DNA from: a virus
Virus record (IMG/VR): IMGVR_UViG_3300045988_154248
Reading direction: 5' to 3' (one strand)
Length of the DNA: 64,000 nucleotides
In this document: positions 9,182 to 17,859 of the stretch, piece after piece
Position numbering within the stretch: the stretch's first letter is position 1
Layout of the letters: each line of letters starts with the position of its first letter
Program-made: the position numbers and the translations under genes
The notes under the pieces: generated by a model
What the model saw: only the letters and a program-made list of their open reading frames with translations
What the model was told of the DNA's origin: nothing
The model's database searches: none

Positions 9182-9997
9182 TTAGACCTCCATAACTGTG
9201 ATTTTATCGTGTTTTCCTGTGAAAAGACTGTCTGTTGTAAATAATCTTTCAACTGTTCCATCTTCAAGTGATTTGATTAATGTTCCTTTTTCTCTATCAA
9301 GAACTGAATTTTCGGTATGTGATGCATAAGCATAAATTCTATCTACACCACGTTCTTTCAACGCTTTTGCACTATAATATAAAGAACCGCCATATGAAAT
9401 GATGTCATCAATCATCAAAACTTTTTTACCTTTAAGATCAATATCGTTATCTCTGATTTTGAGTCCAAGAATTTTTCCTGTATTCCAATCTCGATTTTTC
9501 TCACCATAGCAATACGGAATGTCAGAAAACAATCCAGAATATCTTTTCGAACTACCGGCATCCGGAAAATAAAGAATAAGATTTTCTTTACTAATCTGCT
9601 CAATTACTTCATCAATATATTCTCTTGGATTAAAAACATATACTCTATTCAAAAGCGCTGCTCCAACATTACTATGAACATCAAGTACCTCTACTCTATC
9701 AAATTCGAGCCAATTAATAACATCAGCGAACCCTTTTAATGTAAAAACCTCGCCCTGATCATGGATTCTGTCCATTCTGGCATTCGGAAGATAAAACATT
9801 GTAAGATCAATTGATTTAATATATGGAAAATTTTTTAAATGTTTTGTAATATAAATCAGCGCTGAAAGTTCTTCTTCTTTCTCATACTTCCATGTAATGT
9901 TGTTATATTTCTGATAAAAACAATCGTCTAATACGATTCTCTGTGTTCCATCTGGAAAGTGTTCTACTTTTACTTCTTTCCCATTTAAAATGATCAT
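9182..9997 (-). CDS. ribose-phosphate pyrophosphokinase-like enzyme (Prs family; possible ADPR-PP synthetase Adps)
   Basis: FPDAGSSKRY and PRPP-loop VLMIDDIISYGGSL; start at ATG 9997 behind GGAGAAT. Confidence 0.75.
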   Translation of the reverse strand: MIILNGKEVKVEHFPDGTQRIVLDDCFYQKYNNITWKYEKEEELSALIYITKHLKNFPYIKSIDLTMFYLPNARMDRIHDQGEVFTLKGFADVINWLEFDRVEVLDVHSNVGAALLNRVYVFNPREYIDEVIEQISKENLILYFPDAGSSKRYSGLFSDIPYCYGEKNRDWNTGKILGLKIRDNDIDLKGKKVLMIDDIISYGGSLYYSAKALKERGVDRIYAYASHTENSVLDREKGTLIKSLEDGTVERLFTTDSLFTGKHDKITVMEV

Positions 9998-10001
9998 ATC
10001 T

Positions 10002-10514
10002 TTATTCTCCAATCACATTAATCTGGCAGCTTTTCATGGCTTCGAGTGCCGCCTTATGTTTTTCTGGTGTAGATCCCGCGCAACAGCCTGCGTCTACTGT
10101 AATTTCCGTATTTGGAAACATAGCTTTAAGGACTAATGCATTTGAAATTACACATATATCCGTACACAAACCGACCAGATCGATATCACCATCTCCAATC
10201 CATGTCATATTTCTCCACTGCAAAGTTCCAAAAGTACTTTTGTTTACATATCTGCAGTTAGGAACCTCAATGTCGCTCACAACCTTCCATCCTCTTGTTC
10301 CAAAAACACAATGTTTTACTGGAAGTTTTCTTCCCTCCAGAGTATTTAAGTAATCGTCATAATGCGTATCTCTTGTAAAAATAATTTGATCTCCACGATT
10401 ATAATACTCTTCAATTTTCTTTTTCACATTCGGAATAATCGCCTGTGCTTCTTCCGATCCAAGGCTACCATTTACGAAATCATTCTGCACATCTACTACA
10501 ATTAAAGTTCTCAT
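10002..10514 (-). CDS. pncA: nicotinamidase / isochorismatase-family hydrolase
   Basis: LIVVDVQNDF..GSL N-terminus and catalytic-Cys context GLCTDICV; 170 aa. Confidence 0.75.
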   Translation of the reverse strand: MRTLIVVDVQNDFVNGSLGSEEAQAIIPNVKKKIEEYYNRGDQIIFTRDTHYDDYLNTLEGRKLPVKHCVFGTRGWKVVSDIEVPNCRYVNKSTFGTLQWRNMTWIGDGDIDLVGLCTDICVISNALVLKAMFPNTEITVDAGCCAGSTPEKHKAALEAMKSCQINVIGE

Positions 10515-10717
10515 TGTTTATTCTCCTCTCTTACTTCGTCAAATCTCTTTACCCAGTCCTCAAATGACACATCGTCTCCCACTGTGCCATCGTATTTACA
10601 CATCCAATATAGAGTTTTCTTTCTCTCGTATTCCAAGTCATCTCTTAAATTATGAATAATTGATTGAGCAAAATCTTTCATGTGATTGTATTCGCTTTTT
10701 AAGACTAATCCAAACAT
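10511..10717 (-). CDS. hypothetical protein
   Basis: ORF track 68 aa; 4-nt overlap with pncA-like start. Confidence 0.5.
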   Translation of the reverse strand: MFGLVLKSEYNHMKDFAQSIIHNLRDDLEYERKKTLYWMCKYDGTVGDDVSFEDWVKRFDEVREENKQ

Positions 10718-10854
10718 TAAATTTCCTCTTTATCTTCTGCAAGTTTATTCCAAACACTTGCAATCTCATCATTTACTTCACAGGTCGTTTTACCATCGAT
10801 TGAAATTCCAATTTCATCCAGATATTCCTTTAATTCAGACATCGTATTTTTCAT
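10717..10854 (-). CDS. small hypothetical protein (45 aa)
   Basis: Own call: MKNTMSELKEYLDEIGISIDGKTTCEV..; GGAGAA SD; TAATG overlap with next gene. Confidence 0.4.
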   Translation of the reverse strand: MKNTMSELKEYLDEIGISIDGKTTCEVNDEIASVWNKLAEDKEEI

Positions 10855-10879
10855 TATTTTTTCTCCTTTTTTCAATATT

Positions 10880-11044
10880 TTAGTAATAATTACTATTTTC
10901 TAATTTCGATTCTTTTTTATATCTTTCGATGTATTCTCGGACACGTTCATACGCTGCAGGAATGCTAATATGTTCTTGCAGTAAAAGTTTCTCTACAGCT
11001 GTTCGTTCCATAAGAATTTTTCGATCGTGTTCTTCTTGATTCAT
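10880..11044 (-). CDS. small hypothetical protein (54 aa)
   Basis: Own call: MNQEEHDRKILMERTAVEKLLLQEH..; GGTGA SD-like upstream. Confidence 0.4.
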   Translation of the reverse strand: MNQEEHDRKILMERTAVEKLLLQEHISIPAAYERVREYIERYKKESKLENSNYY

Positions 11045-11098
11045 ACTGATCACCTTATAAGTTTGGCTGACCAGTTTACACCAGCCAGCCGTTTCTTT

Positions 11099-11479
11099 TT
11101 AGTCTAATTCATCAAGCATTTTCTGCAGATCTTCTACGGAAGCGTTTTGAAGTGCCTCATCCTGCTTAGTAGCAATGATCTGCATAATTTTCTGTTTCTT
11201 CTCTTTACGTTCTGCAGCTTCCTGCTGATTTTTCTTTTCTTCAAGTTTCTCGTTAAAGATATATTTTACAATCTCAATCTTGGTCGCAAGAATATCATCT
11301 TCCGCAGATTTAGTCTGAAGCAGACTTTCTTCATCCGTCTTCTTTACTTCTGCATTCAGCGTCTTAAACACTGTATCCAGCGATCCAAGCGAAAGATCAT
11401 ATAAATCTTCTACTGCAATCTGTCCCTTATACGGGAAACGATATTTACCTTTTACTGCTTTTTCAAACATGTCACCCAT
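11099..11479 (-). CDS. hypothetical coiled-coil protein
   Basis: ORF track 126 aa; Lys/Glu-rich heptad-like sequence. Confidence 0.55.
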   Translation of the reverse strand: MGDMFEKAVKGKYRFPYKGQIAVEDLYDLSLGSLDTVFKTLNAEVKKTDEESLLQTKSAEDDILATKIEIVKYIFNEKLEEKKNQQEAAERKEKKQKIMQIIATKQDEALQNASVEDLQKMLDELD

Positions 11480-11496
11480 AATTTTATTCTCCTTTA

Positions 11497-13560
11497 TTAA
11501 AATTTAATTTTAATGGTTCTTTCTGTTGCACCTTTTACTTTAACGATAAGCTCATTACGCTGCGTCAGACTGAATCCAACTCCAGAGAGCTGATCATCGA
11601 CGTCTGTTACACTACACTTTGCGCCAAGTGCCTCAAATACTTTACGATGTGGAACTAATTCATTCTTAAGATATTCCACAAAGAAACCATTCGGCTGTTC
11701 TGGATTTACGCATCCATTCAGGAAGAAGAAAAGATGTTTATTCCCGATTCCATTCTGCTCATCAAAATAGTTCGGGCTGTAACTGATTACAGATACAGGT
11801 GTAAACTGATTTGTCTGCACTCCCCATACTTCTCTACTAGAAGTAGCCGAGTGACCAAAAAGTTTTTCTTTGATGGTAAAGTTTCCGTTCTTATCCATAA
11901 TTACTTCTGCGACGTCTACGTCTCCACGCACTGGGTTATTGTATTCAAACGAATAGATCTCGCCATCGAATTCAATTTCTGCTTTAAATCCTTTACTTCC
12001 TCGACTAGCAAACTGATTTACAAAAAATTTATAAACACCTGGCATCATTTTTAATTTATTCTGCCAAGTAATATTCTCTACTGCCGGTTTACCTGGCATC
12101 TGATTCATTGGCTGTGTAATATCAATATCAAGCTGACCACCAAGCTTCGACATAGATGGTTTTCTATCACTACCAAAATAGATTTCATGACCATTTGGTT
12201 CAATACAATGAGCATCAAGATCACTGTTATCGTTCTGATCCTCGTTCCACATAATAGAAAACCTAAGCACACCATCTACATTTCCACCAGCGTTCTTTAC
12301 ATTCTGTTTAATGTCAGAGTCAGTAATATTGCCTGTATATGCCCAGCTCAGACCATTATTCCACTTGAACATTGTTTTAGAATCAGGATCTTCTGGCGCA
12401 ATTAAAGAAACAAAATTCTTTTCATGTTTATTCTCTACAAATACTTCAACCTCTTTCGCAGTCGGAAGAACCTTTTCTACGAAATCCTGTGCAGTCACTT
12501 CTTCTACTCTAGAAAATTTCTTTGGATTAACTGCTACAGATTTTGACATCTCTGTAAAAATGTCTCCTCCACCAGAAATTCTCTTCGCTGCATCTTTATT
12601 AGAAAATAGAATATTATTTACTGTGATATCATCCAGATTTGCAAAGCGACGTTTCAGAGAATCCATATATCCAAGTTCTGTCAACGTTTTCTTTGCATCG
12701 TCCAGCATTCTCTGAGTATAAATTGGCTTACTCCTTTTATAGTTGCTGGGTGCTACAATCTGCTCGTATTTCTTTACTGCAAGATCGAGGCCCATTCCTT
12801 CGCTTACATTTACAAGTAGTGTTCCAATAGAATGATTTCTGATTTTACCAATAACGGCTCCTGCTTTTAGAGATTTCTCCCAGGCATAAAGATTTTTCTC
12901 TTCTTCCGGAATTTTGTCGTATTCCTTTTTGTATTTCTTGAATTCAACCAGCGGAATCCTCCACTCTGCTCCACGATACAGCGTATTGGAATTAATCAGC
13001 TCAAGAATTGTTTCCACAGAATCCATAGTGATCTCATCCAGAGAACGTTTAAATACGTTTTTAATATCTCTGTATTCACCATGGATATTACCTGCAGATC
13101 TACGAGAGTCAAATACAAACTTATCAGGAAGTCTCATATAAAAGTGATCCCACTGATGAGATTTTCCGTTGATCATTTCAAAGTTCTTATCTGTGCCAAT
13201 ATTTTTAAGCTGACTTACAAAAACATCGACTACCTCTTCGTTATGGATAAGTTTGGAAAGTGCCTTGACTACCGGCTCATAAATAGTTCCAGACATATCT
13301 ACATCCCAAATACTTTCCATTTTATTATCCTTGATTACAACCACAGCGCCGATTGTACGAATGAACTGGCGGCAGCAGGTACAGTCATGTTCTCTTCTCT
13401 CTCTAAAAATATTGTTCGTTCCTGGCGCAAAGCTATCGAGATATGTATCCCACAGCAGCTCCTTGTCTACGTCCACTTCGAATAACTTATCTGCATTTGC
13501 GGACATTTTATTGAAATGTTTCTGAAGCTTCTCCTTAAAAATTACGAACTGATCTAACAT
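11497..13560 (-). CDS. large hypothetical protein (687 aa)
   Basis: ORF track. N-terminal HDCTCCRQF Cys cluster. The C-terminal segment LRFSIMWNED..DLDAHCIEPNGHEIYF..GGQLDIDIT resembles, from memory only, YfaP/DUF2135-type beta-sandwich domains. Confidence 0.6.
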   Translation of the reverse strand: MLDQFVIFKEKLQKHFNKMSANADKLFEVDVDKELLWDTYLDSFAPGTNNIFRERREHDCTCCRQFIRTIGAVVVIKDNKMESIWDVDMSGTIYEPVVKALSKLIHNEEVVDVFVSQLKNIGTDKNFEMINGKSHQWDHFYMRLPDKFVFDSRRSAGNIHGEYRDIKNVFKRSLDEITMDSVETILELINSNTLYRGAEWRIPLVEFKKYKKEYDKIPEEEKNLYAWEKSLKAGAVIGKIRNHSIGTLLVNVSEGMGLDLAVKKYEQIVAPSNYKRSKPIYTQRMLDDAKKTLTELGYMDSLKRRFANLDDITVNNILFSNKDAAKRISGGGDIFTEMSKSVAVNPKKFSRVEEVTAQDFVEKVLPTAKEVEVFVENKHEKNFVSLIAPEDPDSKTMFKWNNGLSWAYTGNITDSDIKQNVKNAGGNVDGVLRFSIMWNEDQNDNSDLDAHCIEPNGHEIYFGSDRKPSMSKLGGQLDIDITQPMNQMPGKPAVENITWQNKLKMMPGVYKFFVNQFASRGSKGFKAEIEFDGEIYSFEYNNPVRGDVDVAEVIMDKNGNFTIKEKLFGHSATSSREVWGVQTNQFTPVSVISYSPNYFDEQNGIGNKHLFFFLNGCVNPEQPNGFFVEYLKNELVPHRKVFEALGAKCSVTDVDDQLSGVGFSLTQRNELIVKVKGATERTIKIKF

Positions 13561-13604
13561 GATATTTTCTCCTTCTTTATGTTTTTCTTCTATTTTGTTA
13601 TCTT

Positions 13605-13820
13605 TTACTCTACTTTGCTCTCTGTTTCCTTCATCTTATTGGTTGTTTCTTCTTTTACATTATTCTCCGAACTTTCTTCTTTATTATTTTCACCAACTAC
13701 ATTTGCTTTTTCTAGTTCTTTATTTTCCTTTGTACCTTCTGTAGTATTCTCTGCATCAGAAATCAGTCTTTCATTCAGAAGAAACTCTTCGATGTCGGAC
13801 ACCCAAAGCATGATACACAC
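13605..13820 (-). CDS. hypothetical acidic protein
   Basis: ORF track 71 aa; overlaps 13775-13972 in another frame, so the start is uncertain (ATG 13811 possible). Confidence 0.4.
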   Translation of the reverse strand: MCIMLWVSDIEEFLLNERLISDAENTTEGTKENKELEKANVVGENNKEESSENNVKEETTNKMKETESKVE

Positions 13821-13972
13821 TGTACTAAATCACACATGTGATGTTTTTTAATAAAGTCCTTATCTGCAGCCTGTTCGTCTGTAATTACTGTTCCACATTC
13901 ATCCATATTCTGGATCTCATGTTCTTCATAAACCTTTCCTGAATATTTTCCTAACCTTTTCATTTGTCTCAC
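13775..13972 (-). CDS. hypothetical Cys-containing protein
   Basis: ORF track 65 aa; C-terminal CDLVQCVSCFGC. Confidence 0.45.
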   Translation of the reverse strand: MRQMKRLGKYSGKVYEEHEIQNMDECGTVITDEQAADKDFIKKHHMCDLVQCVSCFGCPTSKSFF

Positions 13973-13979
13973 CTCCTTT

Positions 13980-14456
13980 TTATTTCGTTTTAATTTCGAT
14001 CTTTTTGTTGATCAGCACCTTACTGTATTCTCTCCCGTCAATAATATTCTCTGTTTGAATTTCTGTAACTTTGACTGGTTTTACACATTTTTTCGTAACA
14101 CATAATACTGCGTCACCAATCTGCAGATTATTGATGAATTTTCTCCATCCTTTAACTCTTGGCACTCGCCAAATGTATTCTTTCGTACCAATACCATCGT
14201 AATTGATATGAACACCTTTGATCAGCGCACCTGGCTGACCTTTATATACTGTCCGAATTGTTTTGGCACCATTTCTTTTCATGATAAGATATCGGATATA
14301 TCCATCTACGAGATAACCATTCTTATCCAAAATAATTGACTTGTCTTGATGATTTGTACGAAGCCAATATTTTTCAAATCGTTCCATCTTTTCTTGAGAT
14401 GGATGAGAATCAAGAAACTGATCTGAAATTTTGATGTCATCAATATTCATCTGCAT
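13980..14456 (-). CDS. ParB/sulfiredoxin-like N-terminal domain protein
   Basis: IILDKNGYLVDGYIRYLIMKRNG matches the ParB-N/Srx core (x-DG-x-xR); 158 aa. Confidence 0.5.
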   Translation of the reverse strand: MQMNIDDIKISDQFLDSHPSQEKMERFEKYWLRTNHQDKSIILDKNGYLVDGYIRYLIMKRNGAKTIRTVYKGQPGALIKGVHINYDGIGTKEYIWRVPRVKGWRKFINNLQIGDAVLCVTKKCVKPVKVTEIQTENIIDGREYSKVLINKKIEIKTK

Positions 14457-14474
14457 TATTTTATTCTCCTTTCT

Positions 14475-15977
14475 TTACGCTGCGTTTCCTTTCCCAACAA
14501 GAAAGTTTTCGAAATCTCGTTTCATGAATCTGAAATTAATACCCTGATTGGAACTATATTCATCATCTGCATTCTGATATTCTCCAATCCACTGTTCAAA
14601 TTCCTGATCCTGATTATTCTGCGCTGCATAAACCATCAATGCAATTAACGCTGTTTTACACTGCTGATAAACATTTGCAGACACTTTTGTATTCTGAAGA
14701 CACTCGTTGTAAAATTCGATGTCGTCTGGATCTACTTTCTCATTTACATGAGTATGTACAAAATCAATATCATTCTGATCAATACGATCATCAACACCAA
14801 TGATTGCAGATTCTTCACCCTCTGAATTTTCTGATGAGTCTTTGATACTTTCGCTCTCTGCATCTTCATTTGGTTTATTCTCTTTAATATGTAAAAAATC
14901 CACTAATAAAGTATGTAAATAATCAATCTTCTGCTGAATTACTTTTTTGTCCTTCGTGTGTTTATCCTGTTCTATTTCAATCCAATCAGTATCATTGACT
15001 TTGATTTCTTTCATGTCATTAAATGCAATCAGGAATTTTCCAAAATTTTCTGGTGAAACTCCTTCATCTAAGGCTCTTTTCATAAGAGTCATCCATGCCA
15101 TAAAATCTTTTGGCACAAATAATTCAGCTACTTCTGTATGATCGAGTTTATCTGCGTAAGGAATTAACATATTAAAGTATTTGTTCAGTGTATCAAATTC
15201 TTCTTCTGTTCCGTTCTCATTAAGATACTTGCAGATATCCCTTGGCGCCTTTTTCCATTCTTCTAAATGAAACATCGCCATAACGCATTCGATGATCACT
15301 CTTTCCCAGATGCCTTTTTTCTTGTCTAACTCATTCAGCATCGTACAATCTTTAAGAAAACGATTATTATCTTTAATCCGTTTAATTTTATCCGCAAATG
15401 TACCAATGTAAGTAAACGCCTTCTGGCTTACATTCATTGGAATAGTAGAGTTATACAACATGACAAGATCGCAGGTATCTTCTGGAGTACATTCCTGATA
15501 AATTGCAGCAGACAACTGACATGATCTCATTCTCTTTTTCAGTTCTGGTGGGAAATCATTATAAGTTTTATTAACCAGATCAAATGTTTTGATTTCTTTG
15601 ATCAGTTTTCCATTTTCATCTCTCATAGGTTTTCCATTTTTATCCAGTTTGTTTCCTTGATAAGTCACATATCTATTCCGGATTGATTTAGAGATCTTAT
15701 GCCCATCAAACACAAAACGTCTGAGCGCTTCTGTTCTCTGACCACCATCCACTACGTATGTAGTAGTAAGCCCATCTTCTCTTTTTTCTTCTGCAAGAAT
15801 AATGTTGGGAATGTAAATCCGTTTTGGAGATACAGTACTATAAATCAAATTATTGATCATTTCATTTGACCAACAAAACGCTCTCTGGACTGCCTGATCA
15901 ACAGTAATAACTTCCTCATCAATACTATCAACATAAGCTCCTACGCCCATCTGTTCGATTCTGTATTCATCTAACAT
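14475..15977 (-). CDS. DUF262 (GmrSD N-terminal, ParB-like) domain protein
   Basis: VVDGGQRTEALRRF is a DGQQR-type motif about 75 aa from the N-terminus; 500 aa; no obvious His-Me/HNH C-terminal nuclease motif seen. Confidence 0.55.
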   Translation of the reverse strand: MLDEYRIEQMGVGAYVDSIDEEVITVDQAVQRAFCWSNEMINNLIYSTVSPKRIYIPNIILAEEKREDGLTTTYVVDGGQRTEALRRFVFDGHKISKSIRNRYVTYQGNKLDKNGKPMRDENGKLIKEIKTFDLVNKTYNDFPPELKKRMRSCQLSAAIYQECTPEDTCDLVMLYNSTIPMNVSQKAFTYIGTFADKIKRIKDNNRFLKDCTMLNELDKKKGIWERVIIECVMAMFHLEEWKKAPRDICKYLNENGTEEEFDTLNKYFNMLIPYADKLDHTEVAELFVPKDFMAWMTLMKRALDEGVSPENFGKFLIAFNDMKEIKVNDTDWIEIEQDKHTKDKKVIQQKIDYLHTLLVDFLHIKENKPNEDAESESIKDSSENSEGEESAIIGVDDRIDQNDIDFVHTHVNEKVDPDDIEFYNECLQNTKVSANVYQQCKTALIALMVYAAQNNQDQEFEQWIGEYQNADDEYSSNQGINFRFMKRDFENFLVGKGNAA

Positions 15978-16687
15978 TAATAATCCCTCCTAAGTATTCT
16001 TGTATTTGAGTTGTTCCGGATAGCTTTTAAGCTATCGTTATAGAGTGACTTAGAAATATGTAAATTTTGAAGAATTTCTTCTTCATTAAATCCATCTGCA
16101 AGCATATGTAAAATTACACTCTGTACTCGTGATAATTTACTTGTATATTCTCTCATTAATGAAGACATTTCTTGATCATTTTGAAAGACGACATCTTCCA
16201 CGGTTTTCCCAGATACAAATGTCTCCCAGAGCTGCATTCCATCTTCGTCAATTTGAGAATAAATGGAAATATCAAATACAGGTTTCTCTTTAGGATTACC
16301 ATCTTTATCGAATTTCTGCTTTCCAGTCTCTTCGTCAATATCTGGAACAAAAACACAGCGTTTTTTACGTTCGATATCTCTTGTATATGTCCAATATTTT
16401 CTCCAAATATTTCCATATAAATACGTTTTAAAAGTGCATTTGACATCCGAATTGTATTTAAGTAAACTCGACAGAAAAACTTCTACTGCTAAACTTTCAA
16501 GTTCTGCATCATGAAGTGTCGGTAAATCTTGAGATGACTTTTTCTTTTTGTAAATCAAAGTTTTGCAGATTTTTTTAAGCTCGCGCATGTCGTTGTCTAA
16601 ATACGTTTGCTGGATCTCATCTGCTTCTTCTGGTGTAAGAAATTCTAATTTTTCTCTTTGAGTCTCTGTCAAATATTTGTATCTCAT
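15977..16687 (-). CDS. sigma-70-family (ECF-like) RNA polymerase sigma factor
   Basis: Region-2-like FKTYLYGNIWRKYWTYTRD and C-terminal region-4 HTH LSRVQSVILHMLADGFNEEEILQNLHISKSLY. Confidence 0.55.
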   Translation of the reverse strand: MRYKYLTETQREKLEFLTPEEADEIQQTYLDNDMRELKKICKTLIYKKKKSSQDLPTLHDAELESLAVEVFLSSLLKYNSDVKCTFKTYLYGNIWRKYWTYTRDIERKKRCVFVPDIDEETGKQKFDKDGNPKEKPVFDISIYSQIDEDGMQLWETFVSGKTVEDVVFQNDQEMSSLMREYTSKLSRVQSVILHMLADGFNEEEILQNLHISKSLYNDSLKAIRNNSNTRILRRDY

Positions 16688-16698
16688 TTTTGCTCACC

Positions 16699-17382
16699 CT
16701 ACCCTTCCAATATTTTCATCGCTTCGTCAAATTTTGCAGTTCTTGGTTTATAGTTTTCATATTCTCCATTGTCAGTTTTATTTAATTCAGTTTGCAGTTT
16801 TCCAAGAGAGTAATGGTACGTCAATGCATTTTTCATTGCCTGAAGTTTATAGATACATGCTTTCACATGTGCTCGATCAATAAGAATCCGCAAGAACAGA
16901 TATCCGATTTTAGCAATTCTATGTGCTTGTGGTAATTTTCCATCATGTTTATATGTATAAATAACGAGTGCATGTTTAATATCACTCTCTTCTGAATCAA
17001 GCTTAGACAAATATGTACTAAGAGATTCCAACATGTTGCTCAATTCAGATTCATCCCATGCAGCCAAACTTAAAAACTTTGTACACTCATCTTCAATCTG
17101 ATCGAGTAAGTTCAGATCAACTACAATGTCATTTTCATTTAAAAATACACCTCCATTCCCTTTTGCTTTAGGAGAAACTGTTGGCTTGTTTCCATCCTCT
17201 CCAACCATGGAATATCCATTCCGAATCCAACCTAGTTTTTTGCTACGTGCATTCAACAGATTTTTAGCCTGTTTGAATGTAAACTGTTTTGCATTGGATG
17301 ATTTTGTGGATTCCATGTACTCGCCAGGACGTATTGGATTTTCAATCACCCAATATTTTCCATTTGTGATAATGTAGTACAT
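16699..17382 (-). CDS. hypothetical protein
   Basis: ORF track 227 aa; AAGGAGTG SD before ATG 17382. Confidence 0.55.
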   Translation of the reverse strand: MYYIITNGKYWVIENPIRPGEYMESTKSSNAKQFTFKQAKNLLNARSKKLGWIRNGYSMVGEDGNKPTVSPKAKGNGGVFLNENDIVVDLNLLDQIEDECTKFLSLAAWDESELSNMLESLSTYLSKLDSEESDIKHALVIYTYKHDGKLPQAHRIAKIGYLFLRILIDRAHVKACIYKLQAMKNALTYHYSLGKLQTELNKTDNGEYENYKPRTAKFDEAMKILEG

Positions 17383-17538
17383 TTTCTGATCACTCCTTCT
17401 TTATTTAATTTTAAAAATAGGTAACTTTAATACAGGTTCTTATTTTCATTTAAAATAATAAGCACCTTTTCGTATTTGTTATTCTCCTATTCTCTTTTAA
17501 TGAAATTGTGAAATAATAGCGAACTGCTCAAGATAGAC

Positions 17539-17567
17539 TTGCAGAATTGCAAATTAATATGTATAAT
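17539..17567 (+). promoter_or_regulatory. sigma-70-type promoter on the plus strand
   Basis: TTGCAG (17539-17544), a 17-nt spacer, then TATAAT (17562-17567). Confidence 0.55.
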
Positions 17568-17573
17568 GATACT

Positions 17574-17714
17574 TAAGCAGGACATTGCCATTATTCGTTT
17601 AAGCTGCTCCAACACCTTAAACACATATGAATATTGCTTGTTTTGCTTGTTATGTACAGGAAGGGATTCATACCGTATGCGCTCCAACGCAGGTATGATT
17701 CCCTTCTTTTATTT
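17574..17714 (+). ncRNA. candidate ~140-nt small RNA (promoter-to-terminator unit, no SD-led ORF)
   Basis: Bounded by the promoter at 17539-17567 and the terminator at 17660-17714. The only internal ATG (17628) lacks an SD. Lies in a 477-nt gap between minus-strand genes. Confidence 0.45.
17660..17714 (+). terminator. intrinsic terminator (plus strand)
   Basis: Arms gaagggattcatacc (17660-17674) and ggtatgattcccttc (17692-17706) pair over 14 of 15 positions, followed by TTTTATTTT. The minus-strand reading has no T-run. Confidence 0.65.
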
Positions 17715-17859
17715 TGTTCGACAAAATTATAATACATCGAACTAATGTTCTTGTCAATATGTTTTCGAACATTTGTTTGTACTACTATAATTTTGTTTTT
17801 CCTTATATTTCCATTTTATACCTCTTGACATGTATATTCCAGCGGTAAATATTTCCATT

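Noticed and set aside
6433-10514. A complete canonical NAD salvage pathway (Nam to NMN to NAD) encoded by the operon.
   Set aside because: I could not find any NMN/NaMN adenylyltransferase (NadD/NadR/NadM-type) or PncB in the window, so the canonical route is incomplete as encoded. Hence the NARP1-type interpretation, which still needs testing.
11053-11098. Hairpin tggctg..cagcca after gene 11099-11479 as a minus-strand terminator.
   Set aside because: On the minus strand it is not followed by a T-run. The T-run lies on the plus strand, where no gene is upstream, so it is left unannotated.
12311-13485. Plus-strand ORFs inside the 687-aa gene (12311-12715, 13081-13485). Similar antisense ORFs occur elsewhere, for example 6485-6820, 7815-8117, 10036-10353, 39752-40261 and 57789-58142.
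   Set aside because: These are shadow ORFs on the opposite strand of well-supported genes. They have no SD, and their Ser/Leu/Phe-rich products are typical of antisense frames in AT-rich DNA.
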